Shown piece by piece: positions 24,845 through 37,313 of a stretch of DNA of 64,000 nt (position 1 is the stretch's first letter; each line of letters starts with the position of its first letter). The notes beneath the pieces were generated by a model. That model was given only the letters and a program-made list of their open reading frames with translations. It ran no database searches and was not told the origin of the DNA. Source of the DNA: Squalus acanthias (Eukaryota). The translations under genes were made by a program, and so were the position numbers. Where the stretch lies: positions 10,044,001-10,108,000 of the forward strand of contig CM059452.1 of NCBI GenBank assembly GCA_030390025.1. The letters are read 5' to 3'.

Positions 24845-25428
24845 ATGTTTGTCTGTTCTGTCTGTGGGGAAAGATTTCAAACATCAGTGTGACTGGAAAA
24901 GCACCGAGACACACACACCCGAGTGAGAGTGTTCCAGTGCACTGACTGTGGAAAGAGCTTTAACCAGTTACACAGCCTGAAAAAACATCGCACCATTCAC
25001 AGCGGGGAGAACCTGTACACGTGTTCTGTGTGTGGACGAGGCTTCAACTGATCGTCCAACCTGGAGAGACACAAGGACACCCACACCACAGAGAAACCGT
25101 GGAAATGTGGGGACTGTGGGAAGGGATTCAATTCCCCGTCCCGGCTGGAAATTCATCGACGCAGTCACACCGGGGAGAGGCCGTTCACCTGCTCCATGTG
25201 TGGGAGGGGATTCACTCAGTCATCCCACCTCGCTACACATCAACTTGTTCACACTGATAAGAGACCATTTAAATGTTCTGACTGTGAGCAGAGCTTTATA
25301 AGCACAGCTGATCTCCTGAGACACCAGCGTATTCACACTGGGGAGAGGCCGTTCACCTGCTCCGTGTGTGTGGGAAGGGATTCACTCGGTCATCCCACCT
25401 GCTGACACACCAGCGAGTTCACAGGTGA
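24845..25428 (+). pseudogene. C2H2 zinc-finger pseudogene, ~7 fingers
   Basis: In-frame TGA at 24890 and 25049, ACA instead of ATG at the EKPW linker, 2-nt insertion near 25368. Confidence 0.75.
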
Positions 25429-26859
25429 CTGCAGGGGTTGGATTCTGCTGTTATTGCTGCTGTTAATCACATCCAGGACTGAACCGTGTTCATTCTGACA
25501 TTTGGGGTTTGTTTCTTCTGATCTTAAACTCCAGCCCAGTTGCTGGAGTTATTAATATTGTGGATATCTGTCGAATAAATCAGCTTTGCTTCAAATACAC
25601 AGTGTGTCGAGTATTTGATTTCTCCAAGATAAGAGGAGATTAATTGATCTCCTGTTACTGACTGCTCCATTTTTGGGCCTTTTCTCCTTTCTAACTCTAG
25701 ATTATTTCAGTTCTCATACCTTCGGTTACTCTCATGGACAAGTTCCAGCTCCCCATACATTCCAGAGTGCCTCTCCCAGCCTTGGTATCCAGGGAAGGTA
25801 TCGGTAACACGCCCGGGATCACTAAACACAAACCCAGTCTGTTAATCACTTTCAGCTACTGGGCTTAGCGTGTGACCCACAGCATCTCTCTCACCTTCGA
25901 TGGGTGAATAGAGCATCACGCCTGTAAACTTTGTTTTGAATTTGCCCTTGCCCTGGGTTTTCCGATGAGCTTGTCCTGGGGCCCAGTGGGCTTTCACTGC
26001 TCCGGGGTATTTCCGGGCATGTCCTCACTGCCCCTGGAATTCCCACACATTGCCCCCTGGGTGTGAGGCCAGCGCTCTGTGCCTTTAAACACTGGAGTGA
26101 AGCCGAGTCCTGCAGGCACACAGTCACCAGGAGGAGTTTCTAACTGTCCGGACCGACCTTTTGGGGAGATTATCCCACTTTTGGGCCGGTTGTGGTTTCT
26201 TCCCATTGTCCCGTTGCTTGTTCCCTTGGATTGGATCTTTATTTGTTCCCTTTGGTTTGGTTTCAGTTTCACTGCTGGACCCACCACTCAAAGCACTTTG
26301 TCTGATCTGCCCCCGGGAATGAGCAGACTCCTCCCTCACCTCCCACACTGCACCATCTATGTTTAAATGAGGGGAGAGTGTAAACCCGGGGAGTCCGCCG
26401 GATTCACCGGGCGAAATGTACCAGTGGCAGCGATGGACCAGGAGTGGAGTTTCAGCCCCGATATCTCACTCCCTCCACACAAGTCCAGATCAGCATCAGC
26501 CCCCCGCCCCGGGTTCACCTCCTCCACCCCTTGAAGCCCAATCGGGTGAGAGAAGGACACCCCCTGTATAAAGAGACTCCTTGTGTTCTCTCCCACCACT
26601 CGAATCCCTCAGATATCTGGGGAAGTGCACAGACTCACAGCTAAGGGTTCGACAGTCAATGGAAACACCAGGGGGGCAATGGACCCCCTGCCCAGAACCC
26701 TGAACGGTTCAAAAGGGACCGACCCAATCCCATTGGTGATCATTAAAGGTGGAGGGTGAGAGCACAGTGAGGAGACCCACTGAGTGAATGTTTCAAACCC
26801 CATCGACTCCAGCACCATCTCCAGAGAGACTCTCAACTCGGGACAAAGTCTTCTGAGAA

Positions 26860-27210
26860 TGAACGGAGAGGGCAAGGGCTGGGATCTGCCACAGAACCTG
26901 CAGCCTGGGGAGCGTTTAATAGTCATCGGATCAAACCTTCCTCGCAAACAGTGGACAACCATCAACCGCCTCAGAAACGGTCATGGTAGATGCTGCCACC
27001 TTCTCCATAGATGGAAGATTAAAGCATCCCCATCATGTGACTGTGGAGCTCCTGATCAGACCCTGGAGCCCATCATTGAGCACTGCCCTCAGAGGAAATT
27101 CACAGGCAGCCGACAAGATACCCACGCTGTTACACAGGAAGCTTTGGCCTGGATATCTGACTTAGATATTGACATTTGATTTGCTACTATCATACGAAAA
27201 AAGAATAAGA
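26860..27210 (+). mobile_element. Ingi/Vingi-type LINE 3' fragment
   Basis: W..INRLR.GHG.C...LHRW....SP.CDCG...QT...I...C C-terminal zinc-knuckle region and a catacgaaaa tail. Confidence 0.6.
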
Positions 27211-27430
27211 TCGGACTTTATCTGAGAGTCTCCTTCAGACAGAGCCTGTCTGATCGGGTGGGGATCGGCGAATCAGACCCATTCAGGTGAAGGTTTACAC
27301 AATATCTTTGAATCACCATTGAGAGGGGAGGTGGGTCTGTGGGACCTGTCCCCAGGAACCCTGGTCTGTTACAGGATAAGGGAAATGGGTCTGTGGGGTC
27401 TGTCCCCAGGAACCCTGGTCTGTTACAGGA

Positions 27431-29250
27431 AAAGACTGGCGAAGGTAAATGTAGGTCCTTTACAGTCAGAGATGGGAGAATTTATAATGGGGAATGAGGA
27501 AATGGCTGAGAAATTAAATAAATACTTTGTTTCTGTCTTCACGGAGGAAGACACAAAAAACCTCCCAGAAATACGAGAAAATCAAGGGTGTGACGAGAAT
27601 GACGAAACTTAAAGAAATTATTATTAGTAAAAAAACAGTACGAGCAAAATTAATGGGACTAAAAGTCGATAAATCCCAAGGACCGGATGACCTACATCCT
27701 AGGGTTTTAAAAGAGGTGGCCATTGGAATAGTGGACGCATTGGTTGTCATCTTCCAAAATTCTATAGATTCTGGAATGGTTCCTGCACATTGGATGATAG
27801 CAAATGTAACCCCGCTATTTAAGAAAGGAGGGAGAGAGAAAACGGGGAACTACAGACCTGTTAGCCTCACATCAGTAGTTGGGAAAATGCTGGAATCTAT
27901 TATAAAGGATGCAATAACTGGGCACTTAGAAACTAATAGTAAGATTGGGCAGAGTCAACATGGATTTATGAAAGGGAAATCCTGTTTGACAAACCTATTG
28001 GTGTTCTTTGAGGATGTGACTAGTGGAGTAGACAAAGGGGAACCAGTAGATGTGGTGTATCTGGATTTTCAGAAGGCCTTCGATAAGGTCCCACACAAGA
28101 GGTTGGTGAACAAAATTAGGGCACATGGAATTGGGGGTAATATACTAGCATGGATTGAGAATTGGTTAACAGACAGAAAACAAAGAGTAGGGATAAACGG
28201 GTCTTTTTCAGGATGGCAGGCTGTGACTGGTGGGGTACCGCAAGGATCGGTGCTTGGGCCCCAGCTATTCACAATCTATATCAATGATTTGGATGAGGGG
28301 ACTAAATGTAACATTTCCAAATTTGCTTATGATACAAAGCTAGGTGGCAGTGTCAGTTGTGAAGAGGATGTGAAGAGGCTTCAAGGGGATCTCAACAGGC
28401 TCAGTGAGTGGACGAGAACATGGCAGATGGAATATAATGTGGATAAATGTGAAGTTATCCACTTTGGTAGAAAAAACAGAAAGGCAGAGTATTTCCTAAA
28501 TGGTGAAAGATTGGGGAATGCAGACGCTCAAAGGGACCTGGGTGTCCTTGTACATGAGTCACTGAAAGTGAATGTGCAGGTGCAGCAAGCCATTAGGAAG
28601 GCAAATGGTATGCTGGCCTTCATTACAAGAGGATTTGAGTACAGGAGTAAAGAAGTCTTATTCCAATTATATAGGGCCTTGATGAGACCACACCTGGAGT
28701 ACTGTGTACAATTTTGGTCTCCTTCCCTAAGGAAGGATATACTTGCCACAGAGGAAGTGCAACAAAGGTACACAAAATTGATTCCTGGGATGGCGGGACT
28801 GTTGTATGAGAAGAGATTGAGTAAACTAGGCCTGTATTCTCTTGAATTCAGAAGAATGAGAGGGGATCTCATTGAAGCATACAAAATTATTACAGGGCTT
28901 GATCGGATGGATGCTGGGAGAATGTTTCCCTTGGCTGGGGAGTCTAGAACCAGGGGCCACAGCCTCAGGATAAAGGGTAGGCCATTCAGGACTGAGATGA
29001 GAAGAAATTTCTTCACACAGAGGGTGGTGAATCTTTGGAATTCTCCAACCCAGAGGGCTGTGGAGGCTCAGTCATTGGGTATATTCAAAACAGAAGTTGA
29101 TAGATTTCTAACTAGTAAGGGCATCAAGGGATATGGCGATAGGGCCGGTGAATGGAGTTGAGGTAGAAGTTCAGTCATGATCTCATTGAATGGCGGAGCA
29201 GGCTCGAAGGACCGAATGGCCTACTCCTGCCCCTATTTCTTATGTTCTTA
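27431..29250 (+). mobile_element. 5'-truncated CR1, inserted in a ~55-bp tandem repeat (27330-27430, 29251-29305)
   Basis: 544-aa RT ORF close to 2355-4178; catalytic FADD mutated to FAYD. Confidence 0.95.
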
Positions 29251-29307
29251 TAAGGGAGATGGGTCTGTGGGATCTGTCCCCAGTAACCCTGGTCTGTTAC
29301 AGGATAA

Positions 29308-29742
29308 TACATTTTTCAAACACGATTTCCCTTTCATAAAACCATGTTGACTCTGCCTAATCATATTATCATTTTCTAAGTGCCCTGTTCCACTTCCTTA
29401 ACAATGGATTCCAGCATTTTCCCGATGACTGATGTCAGGCTAACTGGCCTGTAGATCCCTGTTTTCTCCCTCCCTCCTTTCTTGAATAGCGGTGTTACAT
29501 TTGCTACCTTCCATTCCACGAGGACCTTTCCAGAATCTAGTGAATTTTGGAAGATCACAACCAATGCATCCACTATCTCTGCAGCCACCTCTTTTAGAAC
29601 CCTAGGATGTAGGCCGTCAGGTCCAGGGGATTTGTCGGCTTTTAGTCCCGTTAGTTTCTCAAGTACTTTTTCTGGACTGATATGAATTACTTTAAGTTCC
29701 TCACTCTCATTAGCCCCTTGGTTCCCCACTATTTCTGGTATC
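29308..29742 (-). mobile_element. CR1 internal fragment
   Basis: [15 protein letters not shown]...YRPVSLTS. Confidence 0.9.
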
Positions 29743-29819
29743 TCAACCTTCTCCAGTGTAGCTCACGCGGCTCCAGCTCGCGCAGCCTAAGCCCGGGCTG
29801 TCCGCAGTGCGGCCTCAAC

Positions 29820-29953
29820 ATGCCCGTAGACTTGCACGAGTGGTCGGGACCTCTCGCCCTGACCGAGGTGGACGAGAAGCCTGTGCAGCCTCTCCGTGTC
29901 AATATGACAACGTGGACATAGATGTGCTGGGTAAAGTGCTGAGCCCGGCCCAG
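29820..29953 (+). pseudogene. PEBP1: PEBP1/RKIP first coding exon fragment with a 1-nt deletion
   Basis: Translates as MPVDLHEWSGPLALTEVDEKPVQPLRV-/-YDNVDIDVLGKVLSPAQ then GT, matching the vertebrate PEBP1 N-terminus (human [29 protein letters not shown]...DELGKVLTPTQ). Confidence 0.85.
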
Positions 29954-30034
29954 GTACTGACTGCAGCTGAGAGCTGAACACACAGGAACCGCTCCAGTGC
30001 CTGGAGCCAGCAACAAGAGGCAACAAAAGCAAGG

Positions 30035-30648
30035 AAGGCACAGAGTACAAAAGCAAGGAAGTTATGATGAACCTTCATAAAACACTGGCTCGGCCTCAAC
30101 TGGAGTATTGTGTCCAATTCTGGGCACCGCACTTTAGGAAGGATGTGAAGGCCTTAGAGAGGGTGCAGAAAAGATTTACAAGAATGATTCCAGGGATGAG
30201 GGACTTCAGTTACGTGGATAGACTGGAGAAGCTGGGGTTGTTCTCCTTAGAGCAGAGAAGGTTGAGAGGAGATTTGATAGAGGTGTTCAAAATCATGAGG
30301 GTTCTGGACAGAGTAGATAGAGAGAAACTGTTCCCATTGGCGGAAGGGTCGAGAACCAGAGGACACAGATTTAAGGTGATTGGCAGAAGAACCAAAGGCG
30401 ACATGAGGAAAAACTTTTTTACGCAGCGAGTGGTTAGGATCTGGAATGCACTGCCTGAAAGGGTGGTGGAGGCAGATTCAATCACAGCTTTCAAAAGGGA
30501 ATTGGATAAGTACCTGAAAGAAAAACATTTGCAGGGCTACGGGGAAAGGGCGGGGGAGTGGGACTAGCTGAAGTGATCTTGCAGAGAGCCGGCACGGGCT
30601 CAATGGGCCGAATGGCCTCCTTCTGTGCTGTAACCATTCTATGATTCT
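30035..30648 (+). mobile_element. 5'-truncated CR1 3' end
   Basis: ORF 30064-30567 and attctatg tail. Confidence 0.9.
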
Positions 30649-33117
30649 AAGCTTATATTGTGGTTAATAACAGACACACCCTGTTCTTTCCCCTGATCTG
30701 ATTACAGATTCCAACCAGTCGATTCAGTGAATGGAATGTCTTATCAGTGTTGCCATGGTGACCTGTCTGCAGTGAATCGCCTGTTTGAGTTTCTAACTCA
30801 GACTAAACTTCTCTTTCCCACAATACACATTATATCAGACATTTGATCTCAATGTATTTCAGCCATGTTATGTTAATATCTCTAAAATCTACAGGGAGAT
30901 CAGATACACAAATCTTTAAAAGTTGGAGGACAAGTTTATAAAGTGGTTTAAAAATGTTACCCGAGGTTTTTTATAAATGGGGCGTAGAAAACAAAACCAT
31001 CGGTTCGGCTGCAGTTAGAATAAGTTTTGGGAATCTTACACTAGGAAGGATGTCGGGGCCACAGAGAGGCTGCAGAATAAATTCACTGAGGTTATACCAC
31101 GGATGAGAGGCTTTAGTTATCAGAGAATCAGAGAACGATACAGCACAAAAGGTGGCCATTCGGCCCATCATGCTTGTGCCAGCTCTTTGGGAGAGCTATC
31201 CAATTAGTCCCACTCCCTTGCTCTTTCCCCATATCCCGGTAAATGTTTTCCCTTCAAATATTTATCCAATTCCCTTTGGAAAGTTACTCTTGAATCTGCT
31301 TCCTCCACCCTTTCAGGCAGTGCATTTCAGATCATCATAACTCGCTGGGTAAAGAAATGTTTCCTCATGATGACCTGTCTGCAGTGAAGCGCCTGTTTGA
31401 GTTTCTAACTGAGGCGAACTTCTCTTTCCCAGGAGGAGAGACGAGAGAAACTGGGGCACTTCTCATTAGAACAAAGCAGGGTGAGAGGAGATGTGAGCGA
31501 GGTGTTTAAACTTGATCAACGACACCGACCAAAATATCAGAGACACTCCCTGTCCTTCAGGACCTGTGTCCAGGGGAGAAGCTGATGGGTTTATCAGATC
31601 ATCTTTGGGTTAAATGTTGTGCTCATGGAGCTGAGCCCCTAGTGTCAGCATCAAACACTCTCCAGTCGGGTACAGCACGGGTTAGATACAGAGTAAACCC
31701 ATCAGCCGCTCCCCGACACAGATACTGAGGGACAGGGAGTGTCCGGGACAATGACATTTCTCACTCAATAAGGTATAAATTGATCCTGTACCTCTCCCCA
31801 TTAATCCTGGGCTCCACACGGGGCGAATCCTGCTCCTGTTTCCCTTCCTGTAACAGCACTGAGCTAAACCCAGCCCATAATGAGCAGGGCTCAGGGAGGT
31901 TGGTTGCTAGGCAGCTGCAGTGATGTCATAAAGCAGGGCCATTCAGCCCAGCTGGTCGTCTCCTTGTCCCTTTAAAGGTGGAGAGCCGGGACACCCTGTC
32001 TCCAAACACATCCCACCTGTTCATACTGAGAATCCCCGGGGAAGGCCCAAGGCCCAGAGTGTGGAACACAACCAAGGGGGAAAGAGGAGGAGAGAAGGGG
32101 AGGTAAATCAAGGAGTCGGGACTGAGGGACAACAAGCTTCAGTTTTAGAGCCTGTAGACTTCAGGAGGGGAAGAGTGAGTTCAGTAGTTTTAGGATCCAG
32201 GGAGAGAACAAGGAGCAGATGGGGAGACTGGTGTGGATTCCAGCACAGTGAGGATGTAGGGGGAGGGAGATTGTGTCGGGCCGTGTATTAGGGGTGTAGG
32301 AGGGACAAGAGAGGAAAGGTCAGAGGAGCAATTACTGCAGCAGTGCCCAGCCCATAAATAGTGAGAGAGAGAGAAGGTGGGGGTTCGAGTGGACCAGGGA
32401 CAGTCTGTTAAACTCTCTGTTTGCTGTGACCAGTTTTCTTTCGGTTAAAAATGACCTCCTGTAGCCCAGTGACACAAACAGCCCATTAAACTCCACCAAT
32501 GGCCTTTGGTCTGGTGAGGTCTCCCTTTGTGAAACATCGGCTGTTGTTAAAGCTTTTCATTCTGACACGCTCACACTGAGAAATGAGCTGCAGAACTGCC
32601 GACACTGTCAGCTTTAAGGAGACGTTTCCCTTTGGAGATCGGATTGCCCATTGAGTTTGATTAAACTGATGTTAAAGTAACAAGGCTGCTTTGCCCCGTG
32701 ACAATAACAGATTATCAGAATATTTCCCATAGGTTAAAATCCAATGTTACAGGGACTCACTGCCCTGGATGGTTGAAGTGGACCCTGTGATATAATAGAA
32801 TTTTCTGTCCTGTCAGACTTGGACATCTTGTAGATCCATCTTATAGAAAGTTGTGGGAAATCAGTTCTCAGATGGATTCCACTCAGTTTGTAACAAGTCC
32901 TCAATCAGCTCATTTTATTGTCGAGATATCAAGGACTCGACACACTGCGTGTGTGGGAAACAAAGCTCATTTATTTGACATTGATACAGATTAAACTCCA
33001 GCCCAGTTATAGGGGTTACTAACATCAGCTGAAACAAACCCCAATTGTCAGAATAAACATGGTTCAGTCCTGGATGTGATTAACAGCAGCAATAACAGCA
33101 GAATCCAACCCCTACAG

Positions 33118-33876
33118 TCACTTGTGAACTCGCTGGTGTGTCCGCAGGTTGGACGACTGAGTGAATCCCTTCCCACACTCAGAGCAGGTGAACGGCCTCT
33201 CCCCAGTGTGAATTCGCTGGTGTGTCAGCAGATCCTTTGTGCTTTTAAAGCTCTTCTCACACTCAGAACATTTAAAAGGTCTCTTATTAGTGTGAACAAG
33301 TTGGTGTGTCCGGAAGTTGGATGACTGAGTGAATCTCATCCCACACACAGAGCAGGTGAACGGCCTCTCCCCAGTGTGAACTCGCTTGTGTGTCAGCAGG
33401 TTGGATGAACGAGTAAATCTCTTCCCACATACGGAGCAAGTGAACGACCTCTCCCTGGTGTGAGCTCGCTGGTGTGCCAGCAGGTTGGATGAATGAGTGA
33501 ATCTCTTCCCACAAACGGAGCAAGTGAACGATTTCTCCCTGGTGTGAACTCGCTGGTGTTTCAGTAGGTTGGATGAGTGGGCAAATGTCTTTGCACAGTG
33601 AGAGCACCTGAACGGTCTCTCGTCACTGTGAACTCGCTGGTGTGTCAGCAGGTGGTTGGATTCAGAAAATCCCTTCCCACACAATGAGCAGGTGAACGGC
33701 CTCTCCCCAGTGTGAATTTGCTGGTGTTTCAGCAGGTTTGATGTTTCTTTGAAAGTCTTCAGGCAGTGAGAGCAACTGAACGGTCTCTCCCCAGTGTGAC
33801 TGCGTCGATGAGTTTCCAGTTGGGACGGGTAATTGAATCCCTTCCCACAGTCCCCACATTTCCACGGTTTCTCCGT
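33118..33876 (-). CDS. C2H2 zinc-finger ORF, 9 fingers, ACG in place of the start ATG (non-AUG start or pseudogene)
   Basis: Open frame from caccACGg (33876) to TGA (33118); paralog of 13361-14203. Confidence 0.6.
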   Translation of the reverse strand, partial: TEKPWKCGDCGKGFNYPSQLETHRRSHTGERPFSCSHCLKTFKETSNLLKHQQIHTGERPFTCSLCGKGFSESNHLLTHQRVHSDERPFRCSHCAKTFAHSSNLLKHQRVHTREKSFTCSVCGKRFTHSSNLLAHQRAHTRERSFTCSVCGKRFTRSSNLLTHKRVHTGERPFTCSVCGMRFTQSSNFRTHQLVHTNKRPFKCSECEKSFKSTKDLLTHQRIHTGERPFTCSECGKGFTQSSNLRTHQRVHK

Positions 33877-34296
33877 GGTGCGGGTGTCCTTGTGTCTCTC
33901 CAGGTTGGACGATCAGTTGAAGCCTCGTCCACACACAGAACACGTGTACGGTTTCTCCTACAGTGAATGATGCGACTTTTTTCAGGCTGTGTAACTGGTT
34001 AAAGCTCTTTCCACAGTCAGTGCACTGGAACACTCTCACTCGGGTGTGTGTGTCTCAGTGCTTTTCCAGTCAAACTGATGTCTGAAATCTTTTACCACAG
34101 ATAAACATTTCTCCTTCCACATTCAAAGGCCGATGATATTCAGGTCCTGATGAATGAAGTGACTCTGTCAGATCTTGACGTGATGTTTGGTTTGAGTTTG
34201 CGGTGTGTAAATGCTGCCCTTCTCACAGCCTGTAAAAGGAGTTTGCAAAAGTCATCATTGCAAAGCAAGGATAGAAAATCGCGACAGACAATTCTA

Positions 34297-34653
34297 GGTG
34301 CTGACACTGGTTGGGTTCAGTTCTACACTCACTGGTTCCTCTCCCTCTCCTCCCCTGAAGGTGCTGACTCTGGCTGGGTTCAGTTCTACACTCACTGGTT
34401 CCCCTCCCTCTCCTCCTCTGAAGGTGCTGACTCTGGCTGGGTTCAGTTCTAAACTCACTGGTTCCTCTCCCTCTTCTCCCCTGAAGGTGCTGACTCTGGC
34501 TGGGTTCAGTTCTACACTCACTGGTTCCCCTCCCTCTCCTCCCCTGAAGGTGCTGACTCTGGCTGGGTTCAGTTCTGCACTCACTGGTTCCTCTCCCTCT
34601 CCTCCCCTGAAGGTGCTGACTCTGGCTGGGTTCAGTTCTACACTCACTGGTTC
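34297..34653 (-). repeat. 63-bp minisatellite, ~5.7 units
   Basis: Reverse complement of the 12511 unit, one unit shorter. Confidence 0.95.
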
Positions 34654-35451
34654 ATAAGAACATAAGAAATAGGAGCAGGAGTGGGCCTCATCTCAGTCCG
34701 ACCCCTTATTCTGAGACTGTGACCCCTGGTTCTAGACTCCCCAGCCAGGGGAAACATCCTCCCTGCATCTACCCTGTCAAGCCCTGTAAGAATTTTGTAT
34801 GTTTCAATGAGATCACCTTTCATTCTTCTAAACTCCAGAGAATATAGGCCCATTCTACTCAATTTCTCCTCATAGGACAAACCCCCCATCCCAGGAACCA
34901 GTCTGGTGAACCTTCGTTGCACTCCCTCTATGGCAAGTATATCCTTCCTTAGGTAAGGAGACCAAAACTGTACACAATACTCCAGGTGTGGTCTCACCAG
35001 GGCCCTATATAATTGCAGTAAGACGTCTTTACTCTTATACTCAAATCCTCTTGTAACAAAGGCCAACATACCATTTGCTTTCCTAATTGCTTGCTGTACC
35101 TGCATGTTAACTTTCAGTGATTCGTGTACAAGGACACCCAGGTCCCTCTGAACACCAACATTTCCCAATCTCTCACCATTTAAAAAACTTGGATATATTA
35201 CATACTCAAATCCTCTTGTAATAAAGGCCCACCTTTCGTGAAGTGCTCCGGGCACTTTATTAAACACACACACAGCAGAAGCACATTAATCTGATGGGAG
35301 ATCACTGACACATAAGCAGTCAGCGGTGTGGAGCCTCCTGAGAGTCCGGCCCTTTACAACCAGTATTTACAGGAGCTGGGACACAGAAAAAAGTCTCATT
35401 AAAATTACGGATATATTTGTTCACACAAACCAGCCCCCAAAACACTGAGTA

Positions 35452-35560
35452 ATTTATCCTCCATTGACAGACGCTCCCTGACCAGTCACCATTTCTCCTC
35501 CATTGACAGACGCTCCCTGACCAGTCACCATTTCTCCTCCATTGACAGACGCTCCCTGAC
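35452..35560. repeat. 39-bp tandem repeat, ~2.7 units
   Basis: Unit atttctcctccattgacagacgctccctgaccagtcacc. Confidence 0.85.
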
Positions 35561-35631
35561 TTCCTGTCTGTCCCGGAGTTTGGCGCGGGGCCCCTTTGCT
35601 GAGCGAATCGGGAGAAACCGGGAAGCGGCGG

Positions 35632-36083
35632 GCGGAAAATGTTGAGTGTTTTAATAATGGGGCCTGGGGCCTGGGGCCGCACTCGGGGTGTGTGCAGCCC
35701 GCGTCCCCCCGGGGTTTATTAACCCGCTCCCTGAGCTCTCTCACCTGATGTGTCAGCGGCTGCTGCCAAGGTCCGCGCATGCTCAGCTCACACTGCCCGG
35801 GTGATTGACGGGGGCTCCGGACCAATAGGAAGAGCGGGGCGGGACTGGAGGACCGAGCGTGCGGCGGGTCCTCCAACCAATCGGAGTGTGTGAGGGGCGG
35901 GGCTTGACCTTTAAACCTGAACAACAGAAGGTGAGCTGAGCATGCGCGGACCTTGGCAGCAGCCGCTGACACATCAGGTGAGAGAGCTCAGGGAGCGGGT
36001 TAATAAACCCCGGGGGGACGCGGGCTGCACACACCCCGAGTGCGGCCCCAGGCCCCATTATTAAAACACTCAACATTATCCGC
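35632..36083. promoter_or_regulatory. Bidirectional CpG-island promoter flanked by ~155-bp inverted repeats
   Basis: Arms 35632-35791 and 35931-36083; spacer holds CCAAT and GC boxes; each arm has an outward-facing cag|gtgaga donor; lies between divergent ZNF genes. Confidence 0.75.
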
Positions 36084-37313
36084 TTCACAAACACCCGGGG
36101 TGGGCCTCAGGCCCCGAACAAGAGCCTCCGGGCCGGGCGTTTGCCCCGAGCGGGGCGGCAGCTGCGGGGCTTTCTCCCGGTGACAGGCCCGGGTTAACGG
36201 CCGCCATCTTGACAGGCTCAGGGGGCAGCAGGGCGCATGCGCGGCCCCCTTGGCCAGGAACCAGGAGGAGAGAATCTTGTCAATTTCTATCCTGGACTCA
36301 CAGTCATGGCTTTTGGAAACTCCTTTTACAGGCTGTGAGAAGGGCAGCATTTACACACCGCAAACTCAGACCAACAACAACAACTTACCTTTATATAGCA
36401 CCTTTAAAATGTCACAGTAGCGCAGTCAGACAATAATCGACACACATACTTTGTTTGTGGTCCAGTGCACTGACACAAAGTTCCTTCACAACTGTAACAA
36501 TTTTATTGCGGTTGCTGTGAAGGCTGCGCTCACTCTGCTCGTACACCTGGTCTCCAAAGGAGGCAAAACAGGACTAATGCTGCCGAGCTCAGCTCTTTTT
36601 GATCAGAAAATATCAACTGTTTCACCTCAGCCAGGAAATGCACAAAAGAGGCAGCAGTGCTCATTGGCTGCCCAGGAAAGTCCTATTTAGATTAAACTCC
36701 TTCACCCAGAGAGTGCTGAGAATGTGGAACTTGCTGCCACAGGGAGTAGTTGAGGCGAAGAGCAGGGATGCATTTAATGGGAAGCTGGATAAACACATGG
36801 GAGAAAGGAATAGAAGGAGATGCTGATAGGGTGAGATGAAGAGAGATGGGAGGAGGCTCGTGTGGAGAATAAACACCGCATGGACCAGTTGGGCCGAATG
36901 GCCTGTTTCTGTGCTGTACAATCTATGTAATTCTATGTAATAAGAGAGGAAAGAATGTTCCATAGAAACTAGAATTATCTGTTCTGCATTTTAATCCTGA
37001 ACTTATAGTGATGTATTTTGTTATCTGCTTTTACAGGGAATATCATCGGCCTTTGAATGTGGAAGGAGAAATGTTTGCCTGTTCTGTCTGTGGGAAAAGA
37101 TTTCAAACATCAGTGTGACTGGAAAAGCACCGAGACACACACACCCGAGTGAGAGTGTTCCAGTGCACTGACTGTGGAAAGAGCTTTAACCAGTTACACA
37201 GCTTGAAAAAACATCGCACCATTCACAGCGGGGAGAAACCGTACACGTGTTCTGTGTGTGGACGAGGCTTCAACTGATCGTCCAACCTGGAGAGACAGAA
37301 GGACACCCACACC

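Larger units (their letters stand above)
31870..35253 (-). repeat. Inverted segmental duplicate of ~11910-15445
   Basis: Collinear reverse-complement match including the CR1 fragment, 63-bp repeat, ZNF exon and 3' flank. Confidence 0.9.

Noticed and set aside
30749-30762. RFX X-box-like motif GTTGCCATGGTGAC
   Set aside because: Single motif with no associated promoter or gene evidence
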